Below, in pieces: positions 27,098 to 37,097 of a DNA stretch of 54,234 nt. The stretch comes from a virus (taxonomy: Duplodnaviria; Caudoviricetes): the IMG/VR virus record IMGVR_UViG_3300006916_000059, positions 1 through 54,234 of that record. One strand, given 5' to 3'. A program made the position numbers and the translations under genes. Each line of letters begins with the position of its first letter. The stretch's first letter is position 1. The notes below the pieces were generated by a model. It ran no database searches. It saw nothing but the letters and a program-made list of their open reading frames with translations, and was not told the origin of the DNA.

Positions 27098-28038
27098 TTA
27101 TGAAAGACCCAGCAGAAATGTCTGTTGAGGAGTTAGATGCTAATAGCAGTTATGACCCTAACGACACCGACAAACTCCTAAGAATGTCGAAGTCTTCTTT
27201 CATAGGTTATGATGGTTGTCCTCGTAAATATTGGTGGTCGAGAGTCCAACTCAAGGACAGGAGATTGCCGGAGACAGAGGCTATGGCTCGTGGTAAGTAT
27301 GTTCATACTAACTTAGAGACTCTATATGATAATTGGGAAGGACAGTCTGTTCTTGGCCCACTAATCCCCGAAGACAGAGAAGACCCTGCTAATGAGGTAA
27401 TCGCATTCTTAGAAGAATGTCGGATAGAAAGATGGGGTCTTGAAAAATTCAAACCCGTAGAATATGAGGTTAAGAGAGTAGTATGGGATGCTGAAAATGA
27501 AGTAGTGCTTGTAGGTCTAATTGATGGTATTCTTGAACACCCAGACGGCGGTCTATGTATATATGAATTGAAGACAGGTAATATGGCTAAAACTAAGTTT
27601 GACAAGACTCGCAAAGAGATGTGTTACTACACTCATATGCTAAAACTTATGGGGGAGACCAGACCTATAACCCACTTTGCCTATTTATCCCCAGACGCAT
27701 TCAATCCAAAGTTTGTAGCAGAATTATGCAATTGGAAAAACGATTGGGATGAGTGGGATGAAGACAGGGTTCTCTGTTGCGAAAAGGGTTGGCTCGATTC
27801 TAATTCCAAGAGAGAAGTAGCAATAGCAGAAGGGGCTAAAGGTTTCTTAGTAGTAGAGAAGGTTCACGGCGCAAGCCTCTCTTCTTTTAGCAAATCACTT
27901 AAAAAATGCGTAGGCGGTATCAAGGAACATCAGTGGGATATGAAATGGAATGATTATTTTTGTCCTCTGTGGTGTGATTTCTCAATGTCTTGCGAAAGTG
28001 AAAAGAATGGGCTTGAAAATTTATGGGAGGATTTGTAA
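27094..28038 (+). CDS. Cas4/AddB-like PD-(D/E)XK exonuclease with Fe-S cysteines
   Basis: CPRKY, G..VH, GLIDG, YELKTG, C-terminal CPLWCDFSMSC. Confidence 0.85.
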   Translation: MIMKDPAEMSVEELDANSSYDPNDTDKLLRMSKSSFIGYDGCPRKYWWSRVQLKDRRLPETEAMARGKYVHTNLETLYDNWEGQSVLGPLIPEDREDPANEVIAFLEECRIERWGLEKFKPVEYEVKRVVWDAENEVVLVGLIDGILEHPDGGLCIYELKTGNMAKTKFDKTRKEMCYYTHMLKLMGETRPITHFAYLSPDAFNPKFVAELCNWKNDWDEWDEDRVLCCEKGWLDSNSKREVAIAEGAKGFLVVEKVHGASLSSFSKSLKKCVGGIKEHQWDMKWNDYFCPLWCDFSMSCESEKNGLENLWEDL

Positions 28039-28184
28039 TGATATGTGATATGTGTGATGCTTTTATAGCAACAGATGGAGATTGGGCTACACCCGTAATG
28101 ATGATTACCGGAGATATAGATACTGCTTCTGAAAGGTATCATATCTGCAAGATGTGTGGTCATAGGCAGATTATTAAAGACTAA
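28038..28184 (+). CDS. 48-aa Zn-ribbon microprotein (MICDMCD...ICKMCGH...), not in the ORF track
   Basis: TAATG coupling, GGAGG RBS, two CxxC pairs. Confidence 0.55.
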   Translation: MICDMCDAFIATDGDWATPVMMITGDIDTASERYHICKMCGHRQIIKD

Positions 28185-28200
28185 AGTAGGGGGGAATATT

Positions 28201-29193
28201 ATGAGAGTTAAACTATCATTTCCCAGACAGATAGGTTTGAAGAGACAGAAATGCCCCGACTACGAGACCTTTACTTCCTATCTATCTAAACTAAATGGTA
28301 TGAGTAATATCTACACGAGTCTGTATTCTTTCGATGATTTAGGTGATTATGATAGCGTAGTTATTGATAGAGCGTGGTGGGATTTTGATACTAACGAAGA
28401 CTATGACATGGAGACAGTAAAAAACGATGTTGCTACTCTTCTTTCAAGACTCGAAGGCGAAGTTAGATTAGTAGCAACGGGTAGAGGCTTTCATATTCAT
28501 CAGTTTTTCAAAAGACCTGTTAGAGGTAGACAGTGGGCTTTGCATCTTGATAGATATGAGCGTAAGATGGCAGAAGGTCTTTCTTCGCTTGATGGGGTAG
28601 GTTATCCCGAAAAACTTACTCGTGTCTCTAATACTTACAATGTTACAAGGGGTCGCTGGTGTGTTGTAGTTGACCATAGAGGCTTCTCTAACGACCCTAT
28701 GGGCTACGAAATACCAAATAGACCCCAACCTACCTTAGAGCATTTAGACCCCTTTACAGGTCATTTTAACGCTGATTCTTGTTTTGATTTAGTAATGTGG
28801 AATAATGAGAATCCTTTTGTTGATAGAATACCAAGCACCCAGAGAGCAACTGTAAGAGTGGGGAACCATAACGGACAAGTGGCTTTGCCTACTTGTCTTG
28901 ATAGAGCCATCAGAGTATCTAACCCACCCCATCATGTCCGTGTCGCTTTGGTTCAAGAGATGAGTAGACAATTAAGGTGGTATGCTGACCCAAGAGATTT
29001 ATCGCAAGAAGAGAAGAATGAGATAGCAGAGAATATCTGTGATTTTATTGAGGCTCTTGATTGGATTGACTACCATCCTAATATCACAAAAAAATATGTG
29101 GTTGGTATGCAAAACTACAGAAACGCCCCTTCACCATTTTGGTATCGCAAACATAATCTCTGTGATGGAGTAGACTGCTGGTACTGTAGTTAA
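28201..29193 (+). CDS. Archaeo-eukaryotic primase: PriS catalytic domain fused to a PriL-like C-terminal domain
   Basis: WWDFD (motif I), TGRGFH (II), LDG...LTRV (III); LPTCL...HHVRVAL...C-terminal Cys cluster. Confidence 0.85.
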   Translation: MRVKLSFPRQIGLKRQKCPDYETFTSYLSKLNGMSNIYTSLYSFDDLGDYDSVVIDRAWWDFDTNEDYDMETVKNDVATLLSRLEGEVRLVATGRGFHIHQFFKRPVRGRQWALHLDRYERKMAEGLSSLDGVGYPEKLTRVSNTYNVTRGRWCVVVDHRGFSNDPMGYEIPNRPQPTLEHLDPFTGHFNADSCFDLVMWNNENPFVDRIPSTQRATVRVGNHNGQVALPTCLDRAIRVSNPPHHVRVALVQEMSRQLRWYADPRDLSQEEKNEIAENICDFIEALDWIDYHPNITKKYVVGMQNYRNAPSPFWYRKHNLCDGVDCWYCS

Positions 29194-29218
29194 GTATGAC
29201 AAAGTTTTGTCTTATAAC

Positions 29219-29926
29219 ATGATATACGCAGACGATAGGGAAAACGAAAAACTTCTGCATAAATTGTTTCTTGCTTGCGGTAATCGCAAAATAGACCCAA
29301 AGGGGGAGGTGATGGTAAAAAGACTACCTCATGGAGACTATATCTTAGGTGAATGGGTGATAGAGGCTAAAGAGATAAATGATTTGTATCGTAGTATCTT
29401 GGGTATAGGTAGGAATGGTAGGACAATCAATCATCAACTCCACGAATTATCTGAATCTTGCGATACTCCTTTCCTCGCTATTTATGGAACACAACTAAAA
29501 CCGTATTTTAAAGGAAGGAAGGCTAAAGCCCATGAAATATCAAGGGAAATAGCAAAGATGAATAGAGTAATCAAATCTTTCAAAATGACAGTGTATTCAC
29601 ACTTTCCTAAAATAAGGGTTATTCAATTCACTACTATGGATGAATTTGTTGAATGGCTTGCTATTTCGCATCTCAAAAAACAAATGACTTCGAGTCTGAA
29701 ATTAAATAAGAAAATTAAGAGTTTGCCTACCGACCCAAGACTTCTGGCTCTGATGGGAATACAAGGAATCAGTCAAGATATAGCAGAAAGACTATTGGAA
29801 CAATACGGTTCTATTCCTAATTTGCTAAAGACAAAGGTTAGACAGAAAGACCTTATGAAAATAAAGGGAGTCGGTAGAGTCTTAGCAAAGAGAATAAAGG
29901 ATTTAAGAAAGGAATGGAAACCTTAA
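29219..29926 (+). CDS. ERCC4/XPF-type structure-specific nuclease with tandem HhH
   Basis: ADDRE, GDY, IEAKEINDL, HhH motifs IQGISQDIA and IKGVGRVLA. Confidence 0.85.
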   Translation: MIYADDRENEKLLHKLFLACGNRKIDPKGEVMVKRLPHGDYILGEWVIEAKEINDLYRSILGIGRNGRTINHQLHELSESCDTPFLAIYGTQLKPYFKGRKAKAHEISREIAKMNRVIKSFKMTVYSHFPKIRVIQFTTMDEFVEWLAISHLKKQMTSSLKLNKKIKSLPTDPRLLALMGIQGISQDIAERLLEQYGSIPNLLKTKVRQKDLMKIKGVGRVLAKRIKDLRKEWKP

Positions 29927-29950
29927 TAATTCTTAAGATTAATGTCAGTC

Positions 29951-30030
29951 TGGGTCGGGAGTTCCCTCACTTCCATGATGTGTTGGTTCTTCCTTTGGTT
30001 TTTGGCTCTCTCACCTCTACTCCCGACCCA
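29951..30030. terminator. Perfect 12-bp inverted repeat at the convergence of the two transcription units
   Basis: tgggtcgggagt (29951-29962) and actcccgaccca (30019-30030) enclose a 56-nt segment that is pyrimidine-rich on the + strand. Confidence 0.5.
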
Positions 30031-30035
30031 CCACT

Positions 30036-33000
30036 TCAATATCCTCTAAAGGTATCGCTTTGCGCTATTGTCGGGTTGTTGTACCTTCTTACATTAACTG
30101 ATACATTGTGTATAACAAGTGATTGATACCCTGCATTATCATTACCCTGCGCCGGTTTTCTTTCAAAGGTTACTGTGAGAGTATTGTTAGCAGTAGAAGC
30201 ACCATCTAAGAATGTAGTTGGGAGAAGTATTACATTTGAGTTGTTTGAGCCTTGCGATATTATCTTTGTATTAGATATAGAAGAACCCGTTTCGCTACAA
30301 GTTACGGTAGTTGTCAATTCTGCATTTCCGCCACCTGAGACGCTTTCCAGAGATACACTCGCAAGGACAGATACATATCCTGTGCTTGCATCATTCGGAA
30401 CCCTTACATTCATGCTATGCGAATGTGTTTCTCCCTGCGCCCCTGCTTCTGGGTCGGAGATACCGGCTAATGTGAAACCTTCTGATGTTGCTATTGCAGA
30501 ACCAGACGAAGACATGGCACTATCAAGACCATCAATCGCCCTATCGAAAGACGATGCTTTACCTGTAGTTTTACTACCTAATACTCCCCATGTTGCGTTT
30601 GACGATGCTCTATCGGATGCAAAGTCAGCACGACCTTTCAGACCTCTACTTAGACTCTTTGCCATACTATTAGATGATAGACCTGCAAATTGTGATTGTT
30701 CATCTCTTACATTAGAAGAAGTTGATAACTGTTGTAAACCGCCTACACTACTACCCAAACCTCCTCCGAAAGGCGGTCTTGCTGGGCCAACGGGAGAAGG
30801 TGGGTTTCCGGGTCTTGGGGTGTTTTGTGGGTTATTGCGTTTAAACGCTCTTGTGAAATCGTAGTTGTAGTGACTCTCAACCTTTTCTAACTTTAGATTT
30901 ACCTTTTCATGTGAGTTTCCACTTTGTTGCCATATAATATCTCTTATTACCATAGTCTCACTGTCTAAATCAATATAATCGTCAGTGTATGTCAAAGTTG
31001 TTGCTGGGATGTAATTCAAATCGTCAACTATATGCAGTCTCGGTGCGTAAAATGCGGCTCTTTCATCTCCATGTGCGCCCATAATATCGAATCTTCTCAT
31101 ACCGAGAGGAAAGCAACTGTCATCATCAAAGGTGGAATAGGTTGTATCTCCATCTACATTGTGAGCGTTTTTCATTTTATTATTACCTCTAAATCGCAAA
31201 ACATCCCGAAGATAATCAATATCTACTGAAAATAATACTTTATGTGTTCCAGAAGTGTAAGACGCAGGTAGAGTTATTTCAAAATAACCATTACCGTCAA
31301 TCTCCACGCTTGCAGAGCCTTGTAAAGTAGAAGTTAATAGGGGAGGTCGTTCATTACCGACACCACCGCTTGTATCAACTACTTCATCGAAAGAGTAATC
31401 TAATGCGAATAATCTAAAGTTTGCTACATCAAAAGTAGCCCCAGAATCATAAGCAATAGCAAGTCTTATCTCATTACCCGTTGATTCACTAACTTTAGGT
31501 GTGTTTTTATCAATGTGGACTACTTGTACGGCATTTGTTAAACTGTTTGTACCATACCAAAAATAAGCAGAATCGGTTCTCCTGTGCGCTCTATTGTAAT
31601 AAGTAAAGGCATTTACAGTGCCAGCAACTGTTCCATCTATTTTGTAAACCGATAGACTGTAAGTAGTGCCACCTATGGTATGTGTTAAAGTATACCATGT
31701 ATTATTGCTATTCATAACAACCTGTGGGCCATATGTTCCACTATTATCGTAAGACCATTCATAGGTAGGGGGAGAAGAGGTAACTATTCTAATCAGACCC
31801 CCAGAGGCTAAACTTGCGCCAGCCGTAATACTACCTAAACCTGTATCATCGTCAGATACAATACCTAATCTCAATTGGTTATCCGTAGCCCAATCTTCCG
31901 CCGATGAACCATTATGAGTTGTAGCATACACTATACCTGTTGAAATATCTGTATCAGAAGTATAAGCATCAGTGTCTAAAGCATTTTGTATACCAAAGAA
32001 AGGTTGACCTCCTAAGTTATTACTCCACCAAGATAAACTGAATCTATTATCATAAGTTAGGTTTCTTGATACATCTGATACATAACCAAACCTACCACCA
32101 CTTGTCATTAAGTTTGATTCACCTGTATCTCTAATTACTTCTGCATCTACGCTAATTCTTGATGTGTTTTCTCTAAGATATTCTTGTTTTGCGATACTTA
32201 GTGCTTCTTCTCTATTGAATATATCTGGATAATTTAAAACTCTCCACCTTAAATCACTACCAGAAGGAGTTGGGTAGTCTGCGAAAGCAGAGTTTCCATT
32301 GTAGTAAACTCTTACATTTGTAATTTTACCTCCGGTTTGTGTTGCTAAGTTTGATGATTTTAAATTATTTCTTGTGAAAGAGTGATTGCTTGAGTAAGAC
32401 TCTCTGAAATCTAATCTGTTATCTCTTCCTATCAACCAAGAAAATGTCTTTAGATTTCCAGATAAACCATTACCTTCTTTTTCTTTCATATCATTTAGAA
32501 GATTCATAATAGTCTGCCCTCTTGCATCGTGAACAGAACCAAAGTTGTCAGAGTCTAACTCATTGGTTTTAGGGATGTTTGCTATATCTGAAATACACGG
32601 TAAAGAAGAATTTGAAGACCAATTATCTGTGAGAATCATTGATTGCATATATCTCATTTTATCAGACGCAAAGTATGTTCCAGAGTTAGGTGCTTTTACC
32701 AGACCTGTTAAATTTAACACAAGTCTAAAAGAAAACAAAGCGGCTGGAGAGTTAAATACTCTAACTTTATCAAAATTACCTTCAACATTTTCAGTTAAAA
32801 ACTCATTACTACCTATTTTTACATCACTTCCAGACGACCCAGCAGTTTCATCAACTTTCAATTGGTCTATAACATTCTTAGGCCCCGTAACTATTTCATA
32901 TTCTGTTATGAAGACACCTTCTAAAGAATCACCTACCCTACCTGCCGAATCGGTGCGGGTACTTTTGCTACCCCAAAAGAAGTAATAGTTTTTAGTTTCA

Positions 33001-36000
33001 GAGTCTCTACTTGCGCCACCTATGCACTGTATGACCCCATAACCACTTGATTCAAATTGGGATGCGTCTTGGACTACAATGTAATCTTCCCCAATATCTA
33101 TTTGTTGTAAAAGGACAGTACCATCATTAATGAATAAATTAGAGTTTGGGTGAGTGTTCATAAAGAAGGAACTATTAGTATTCTTATAATTCGCAGTAGC
33201 GTGTAAATAATAATTATCAATTAGATATGGGAAACCTTGAGTTGTTGTTTCGTAATCCCCAAAGTCTACAAGCCCACCACTTTCATATCCCGGTCTTCCA
33301 CCACAAGCATTAGTATTTAGATTCCAAAATCTTGATACATCAATAAGGCAGACTGCACCTCCTTTATCTTGCCAATTATGATATTGGTCAAAAGGTTCCT
33401 CGTTAGAACCACCTTCTAAATCAGCCCATGTAGAAGCAGAAAACGGTTCCGCCGTTGGGTCAAGAGACCATATATCCAAATCTTCTCCTATTTTCAAATC
33501 TGTAAATACATCAGCATCTCCGTTTTCATCAAATTGGTCTGCGAAACTCAAGGACACTTCATAATTCTGGGGAGTAGGTTGAATAAGACCAAAGTCTTGT
33601 TTGCGATAACCACCGTCTGCGTCTGCATTTCCGTCATTTCTCATATCAGCCCAAAGAGCAAAACAATGCTTGTAGCCATTACTTTCATCAACCTTTCTTA
33701 AACTATAAATGGTGTGTTCTCTAAGCCATTCTCTTTTAATGCCTTTAACTCCAGATATAGTTGAAGTGCCATATCGGACTTTTGCTACAGTGCTTGTGCT
33801 TGAATCTGGGTCAAAGTCGGTAGAACCTACTCGTAGTAGAGTAGCACTGATTCCATCTGGGTCTTCATAATGTCTACTAATTCCTTGATTCCAATTTGAC
33901 TCCCCTCTACTCTTTGCCTTTAGATACGCAAAAGAATTGTTTGTGTTGGGGAAATCAGAAACTTTCCATGCTTTATATTTAGTGCTTGATGCTTGGACTG
34001 CTACCATAAACACACCATTTAACTCTTCTTGATAAAAACCTGTATGGACTACTATTTGACCATCATCGAGACTATGAGCAGAAGATGTTGTAAACTCTTC
34101 ACTTGTTTTACTGTAGGTAACAGTGTGGTTGCTATTAGGTTCTGTTATTGTATCTGCAATAATATACTGATGGTCTCCTGTCTCTTTATCAACTAAATCA
34201 ATAATAAACTCTCTAAGCCTATTTGCTTTGATATGATACCACATAGCGGGGTCTGTAACACCAAAGTTAGTAGTTGATGTAGTCAAATCATTTTGCAGAG
34301 TGTCAACACTTACAGTGCCGTCACTATTCCAACCATAAAGACTATTTAGCACCGAACCTTGAGTAGAGTTAAAAGGTCTATCTAAGAATGAGCCTTTACC
34401 ATGTCTCCAATAAGGTTTAGCCGCTATAACACCAAACTGTGCTTTGAACCAAATAGATGTAGGTAAGTCTCTCATCCATCTTGCGTGTAGATTGCGATAT
34501 TTCGACCTTATCTGTGGTAATTGAAGATTTATTGTATTTTGTTTGTAAAGAACGGCTGGAGTTTTAGGATATGATTTTGAATCGTAGCCGTTAATTACGC
34601 TTAAGTCATAAGCCATAGCATCACTACCAGACACACTCTGATTGTTATTGACTGCATAAGGCCACCTTTCTACTAATACATGTAAAGTAGTAGATGTTGG
34701 AACTGCTATAACCTTTAGAGGTCTTGCGGTAAAATGCTGAAATACGCTTGCACCTATGCTAATTCCAACGGGGAAACAAAACTCGTCACCTAAAGAAAGA
34801 TTATGGGCGGAAGAAGTTGTGATTTCAATCAATGTTTTTCCTTCATAATCAGAGTTTAAAGACTTTAGATTTGAGGCTTCAAACATCTGGTCGTCTGTAT
34901 CTGCGCCGGTAGTATCTGTGGTTCTTATTCTAACAAACCATGTATCTTCTTCGGTAGAGTTATCTTTAATCAAATACATCTGATTTACTGTATAGGTTCC
35001 GTCAACAGTAGTGCCTTTGACAACAATCGTATCTCCATCCTGTATATTACCATAAGTGTCAATGTGCAACATAGGGGATGGTGTGCCTGTATATATTCTA
35101 TCATCAAACTTTAAAATAAACTCTCTATCAACTTGTTTAGGATGATGCCCCATAATGTGCAACACATCGTCACCTTCCCATTCGTCTTCAACATTGTTTG
35201 GCCCATCTTCGTCTTCGTTGATATATATCTGAATCGCAGAACCAGAATACAAAGAACATCTTCCGTTTGCTATTGGACTCATACCCACTGAATAGGTATC
35301 TGTATCATACCTACTGAAACCTAACTCCGTTCCCTTTGCCCCCATATTTCCGCTACCCATCAATAAAGAATCGGAAATAGCAGTAGTTTCATCTATTCTC
35401 TTCTCAACAAGAGAAGCCATAGAAAGGTGATTACTTAGGCTTATGAAAGCATTTTGACCTAACTCCCATATAGGCAAGGTTCTATCTAATATGCTAAGTG
35501 AATCTCTTGCAGTTATACTTGTTTTTAGTGTCTGTGTTTTAGTGTCTTGTCTATGGTCTACTGATTCAATAGTGCCTTGCCAAATAGGTCTATCTTCATT
35601 GTTTAAAAACATAAATAGTTTCCATTCTGTTGTAGCGACTCCTGTTGTTAGAGGGGCTAATGTGTAAGAATTGTCATCGTCTAAAACATCTATTTTCAAT
35701 ATGCTAATTTTGTTTGCGCCGGTTGACATATTGAAGGAAGTTACGGGGTTGGGGATTGTTCCATCAAACTTGTTTGTAAGAGGGATTGCTACTGCGGCTC
35801 TATCTATCATTGTCACTATATTAGCATAGTAGGTAGAATTAAAACTCCAATTAGCATCTAAAGACCACCCGTAAGAAGTAGTCTTATCTACTGCTACATT
35901 GATAGTGCCATTAGCAAAAGATGTAGTGCTTCCATTTGAATATGCTCTCCAAGTATTAGCAACAAAGTCTGGAACTACTTCAATATCGCACCACGCCTCT

Positions 36001-37097
36001 ACTTCCGGTTGCTCATCTGGAAAACCATTAGCAAATCGAGTAAATGCAGTATCTACTCCTAAATCTGCTAATGTTATTGGAACTGTCATCAAAGCAGTAG
36101 TATCATCAAAATCATCATTAGATTTATTGTATGTTGTTGTAGATTTGTAACCTATTTTAAGTGTATAATCCCAATCAGTATCTGTTATTACTTTGTGAAC
36201 AGCAATTCGCAAATGAAAACTTTCTCCTATTCCTTTGAATCTAAGTGGCCCATCGTAAGTTATTACTCTCTCTGTTCCAGATGTAACCGTAGGAGTAGGA
36301 TTACCAGAACCCTTTGCCACATACATATTATTGATAAAAAATACATTTTTAGAAGGACTTTTTATTTCATGGCTGATAAAGGTAGGTCTGTTATCAGTAG
36401 AGTCTGTGTTAGGGCTTTCAGCAACATAAACACTTGCGAAAGAAATAGTATTTAGATTACCATCTGCCGAATCGTGGGATGGGTAGCCAGAGGTCTGCCT
36501 ACCTGTCTGTAAAAAGGATATTGGGGAACCAGCATACTTATCTAAAACATTTGCTGATATTTCGATGTCTGGGTTTGAAATAGGTGAAACACCCCAACTA
36601 AAATCCATTTCACCAAGAGGACAGTAGTATTTCCCGTTAGAATCATGGCCGTTAAAAAAAGCAAGATATGAATCTCCGGCAGAACCTTTAAGCCTCTGCC
36701 TATTTCCTAAAACAGAGTTAGGCACTTTAGGTTTTGCTTGCGAAAATGTTCTTGTGGTATTATCTCTTGTTTCATCATATTTTAACCATTGAGATATACT
36801 ACCATTATGAGTAAGTTTATCATCGTCACTACCACCTAATTGTTGATATTCAGTAGTGTAATCGTAAGTAGGTTCGCCCGATAGGTAAATGCCTGTTCTT
36901 TTTCTTTCTGGGAATGAATATTTAAATTTTGGATTTAGTCTTGCGTTTTCTCCAATTGCAGAACCAAAGTGGGTTTTAGTATGGTCTAATGTTCTTACAT
37001 TAGCATCATTTAAATCATCTGCTACTGCTCTTGAAGATGAAAAATCATCATAGTAGCCACCTACCCAGAAATTGTATAATGTATTTACCTGCTTCAT
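30036..37097 (-). CDS. Giant (2353 aa) tail-tip/baseplate hub protein
   Basis: Directly downstream of the tape measure; hub-like segments (IWQGTIESVD...ITARDSLSIL; ITNVRVY...ALSIAKQEY); repeated TTSSAH beta-domains; S/T/G/D-rich. Confidence 0.65.
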   Translation of the reverse strand: MKQVNTLYNFWVGGYYDDFSSSRAVADDLNDANVRTLDHTKTHFGSAIGENARLNPKFKYSFPERKRTGIYLSGEPTYDYTTEYQQLGGSDDDKLTHNGSISQWLKYDETRDNTTRTFSQAKPKVPNSVLGNRQRLKGSAGDSYLAFFNGHDSNGKYYCPLGEMDFSWGVSPISNPDIEISANVLDKYAGSPISFLQTGRQTSGYPSHDSADGNLNTISFASVYVAESPNTDSTDNRPTFISHEIKSPSKNVFFINNMYVAKGSGNPTPTVTSGTERVITYDGPLRFKGIGESFHLRIAVHKVITDTDWDYTLKIGYKSTTTYNKSNDDFDDTTALMTVPITLADLGVDTAFTRFANGFPDEQPEVEAWCDIEVVPDFVANTWRAYSNGSTTSFANGTINVAVDKTTSYGWSLDANWSFNSTYYANIVTMIDRAAVAIPLTNKFDGTIPNPVTSFNMSTGANKISILKIDVLDDDNSYTLAPLTTGVATTEWKLFMFLNNEDRPIWQGTIESVDHRQDTKTQTLKTSITARDSLSILDRTLPIWELGQNAFISLSNHLSMASLVEKRIDETTAISDSLLMGSGNMGAKGTELGFSRYDTDTYSVGMSPIANGRCSLYSGSAIQIYINEDEDGPNNVEDEWEGDDVLHIMGHHPKQVDREFILKFDDRIYTGTPSPMLHIDTYGNIQDGDTIVVKGTTVDGTYTVNQMYLIKDNSTEEDTWFVRIRTTDTTGADTDDQMFEASNLKSLNSDYEGKTLIEITTSSAHNLSLGDEFCFPVGISIGASVFQHFTARPLKVIAVPTSTTLHVLVERWPYAVNNNQSVSGSDAMAYDLSVINGYDSKSYPKTPAVLYKQNTINLQLPQIRSKYRNLHARWMRDLPTSIWFKAQFGVIAAKPYWRHGKGSFLDRPFNSTQGSVLNSLYGWNSDGTVSVDTLQNDLTTSTTNFGVTDPAMWYHIKANRLREFIIDLVDKETGDHQYIIADTITEPNSNHTVTYSKTSEEFTTSSAHSLDDGQIVVHTGFYQEELNGVFMVAVQASSTKYKAWKVSDFPNTNNSFAYLKAKSRGESNWNQGISRHYEDPDGISATLLRVGSTDFDPDSSTSTVAKVRYGTSTISGVKGIKREWLREHTIYSLRKVDESNGYKHCFALWADMRNDGNADADGGYRKQDFGLIQPTPQNYEVSLSFADQFDENGDADVFTDLKIGEDLDIWSLDPTAEPFSASTWADLEGGSNEEPFDQYHNWQDKGGAVCLIDVSRFWNLNTNACGGRPGYESGGLVDFGDYETTTQGFPYLIDNYYLHATANYKNTNSSFFMNTHPNSNLFINDGTVLLQQIDIGEDYIVVQDASQFESSGYGVIQCIGGASRDSETKNYYFFWGSKSTRTDSAGRVGDSLEGVFITEYEIVTGPKNVIDQLKVDETAGSSGSDVKIGSNEFLTENVEGNFDKVRVFNSPAALFSFRLVLNLTGLVKAPNSGTYFASDKMRYMQSMILTDNWSSNSSLPCISDIANIPKTNELDSDNFGSVHDARGQTIMNLLNDMKEKEGNGLSGNLKTFSWLIGRDNRLDFRESYSSNHSFTRNNLKSSNLATQTGGKITNVRVYYNGNSAFADYPTPSGSDLRWRVLNYPDIFNREEALSIAKQEYLRENTSRISVDAEVIRDTGESNLMTSGGRFGYVSDVSRNLTYDNRFSLSWWSNNLGGQPFFGIQNALDTDAYTSDTDISTGIVYATTHNGSSAEDWATDNQLRLGIVSDDDTGLGSITAGASLASGGLIRIVTSSPPTYEWSYDNSGTYGPQVVMNSNNTWYTLTHTIGGTTYSLSVYKIDGTVAGTVNAFTYYNRAHRRTDSAYFWYGTNSLTNAVQVVHIDKNTPKVSESTGNEIRLAIAYDSGATFDVANFRLFALDYSFDEVVDTSGGVGNERPPLLTSTLQGSASVEIDGNGYFEITLPASYTSGTHKVLFSVDIDYLRDVLRFRGNNKMKNAHNVDGDTTYSTFDDDSCFPLGMRRFDIMGAHGDERAAFYAPRLHIVDDLNYIPATTLTYTDDYIDLDSETMVIRDIIWQQSGNSHEKVNLKLEKVESHYNYDFTRAFKRNNPQNTPRPGNPPSPVGPARPPFGGGLGSSVGGLQQLSTSSNVRDEQSQFAGLSSNSMAKSLSRGLKGRADFASDRASSNATWGVLGSKTTGKASSFDRAIDGLDSAMSSSGSAIATSEGFTLAGISDPEAGAQGETHSHSMNVRVPNDASTGYVSVLASVSLESVSGGGNAELTTTVTCSETGSSISNTKIISQGSNNSNVILLPTTFLDGASTANNTLTVTFERKPAQGNDNAGYQSLVIHNVSVNVRRYNNPTIAQSDTFRGY

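Noticed and set aside
27094-28038. Cas4-like gene as evidence of a CRISPR-Cas system
   Set aside because: No repeat-spacer array or other cas genes were seen; stand-alone Cas4-like nucleases are common in archaeal virus replication modules
29914-30126. 70-aa + strand ORF spanning the convergence region
   Set aside because: Overlaps the end of the tail gene in antisense and the inverted repeat; no recognisable features
30175-30864. 229-aa + strand ORF and other antisense ORFs (e.g. 15328-15939, 32545-32985, 47180-47551)
   Set aside because: Shadow frames of long genuine genes on the opposite strand; no RBS or motifs
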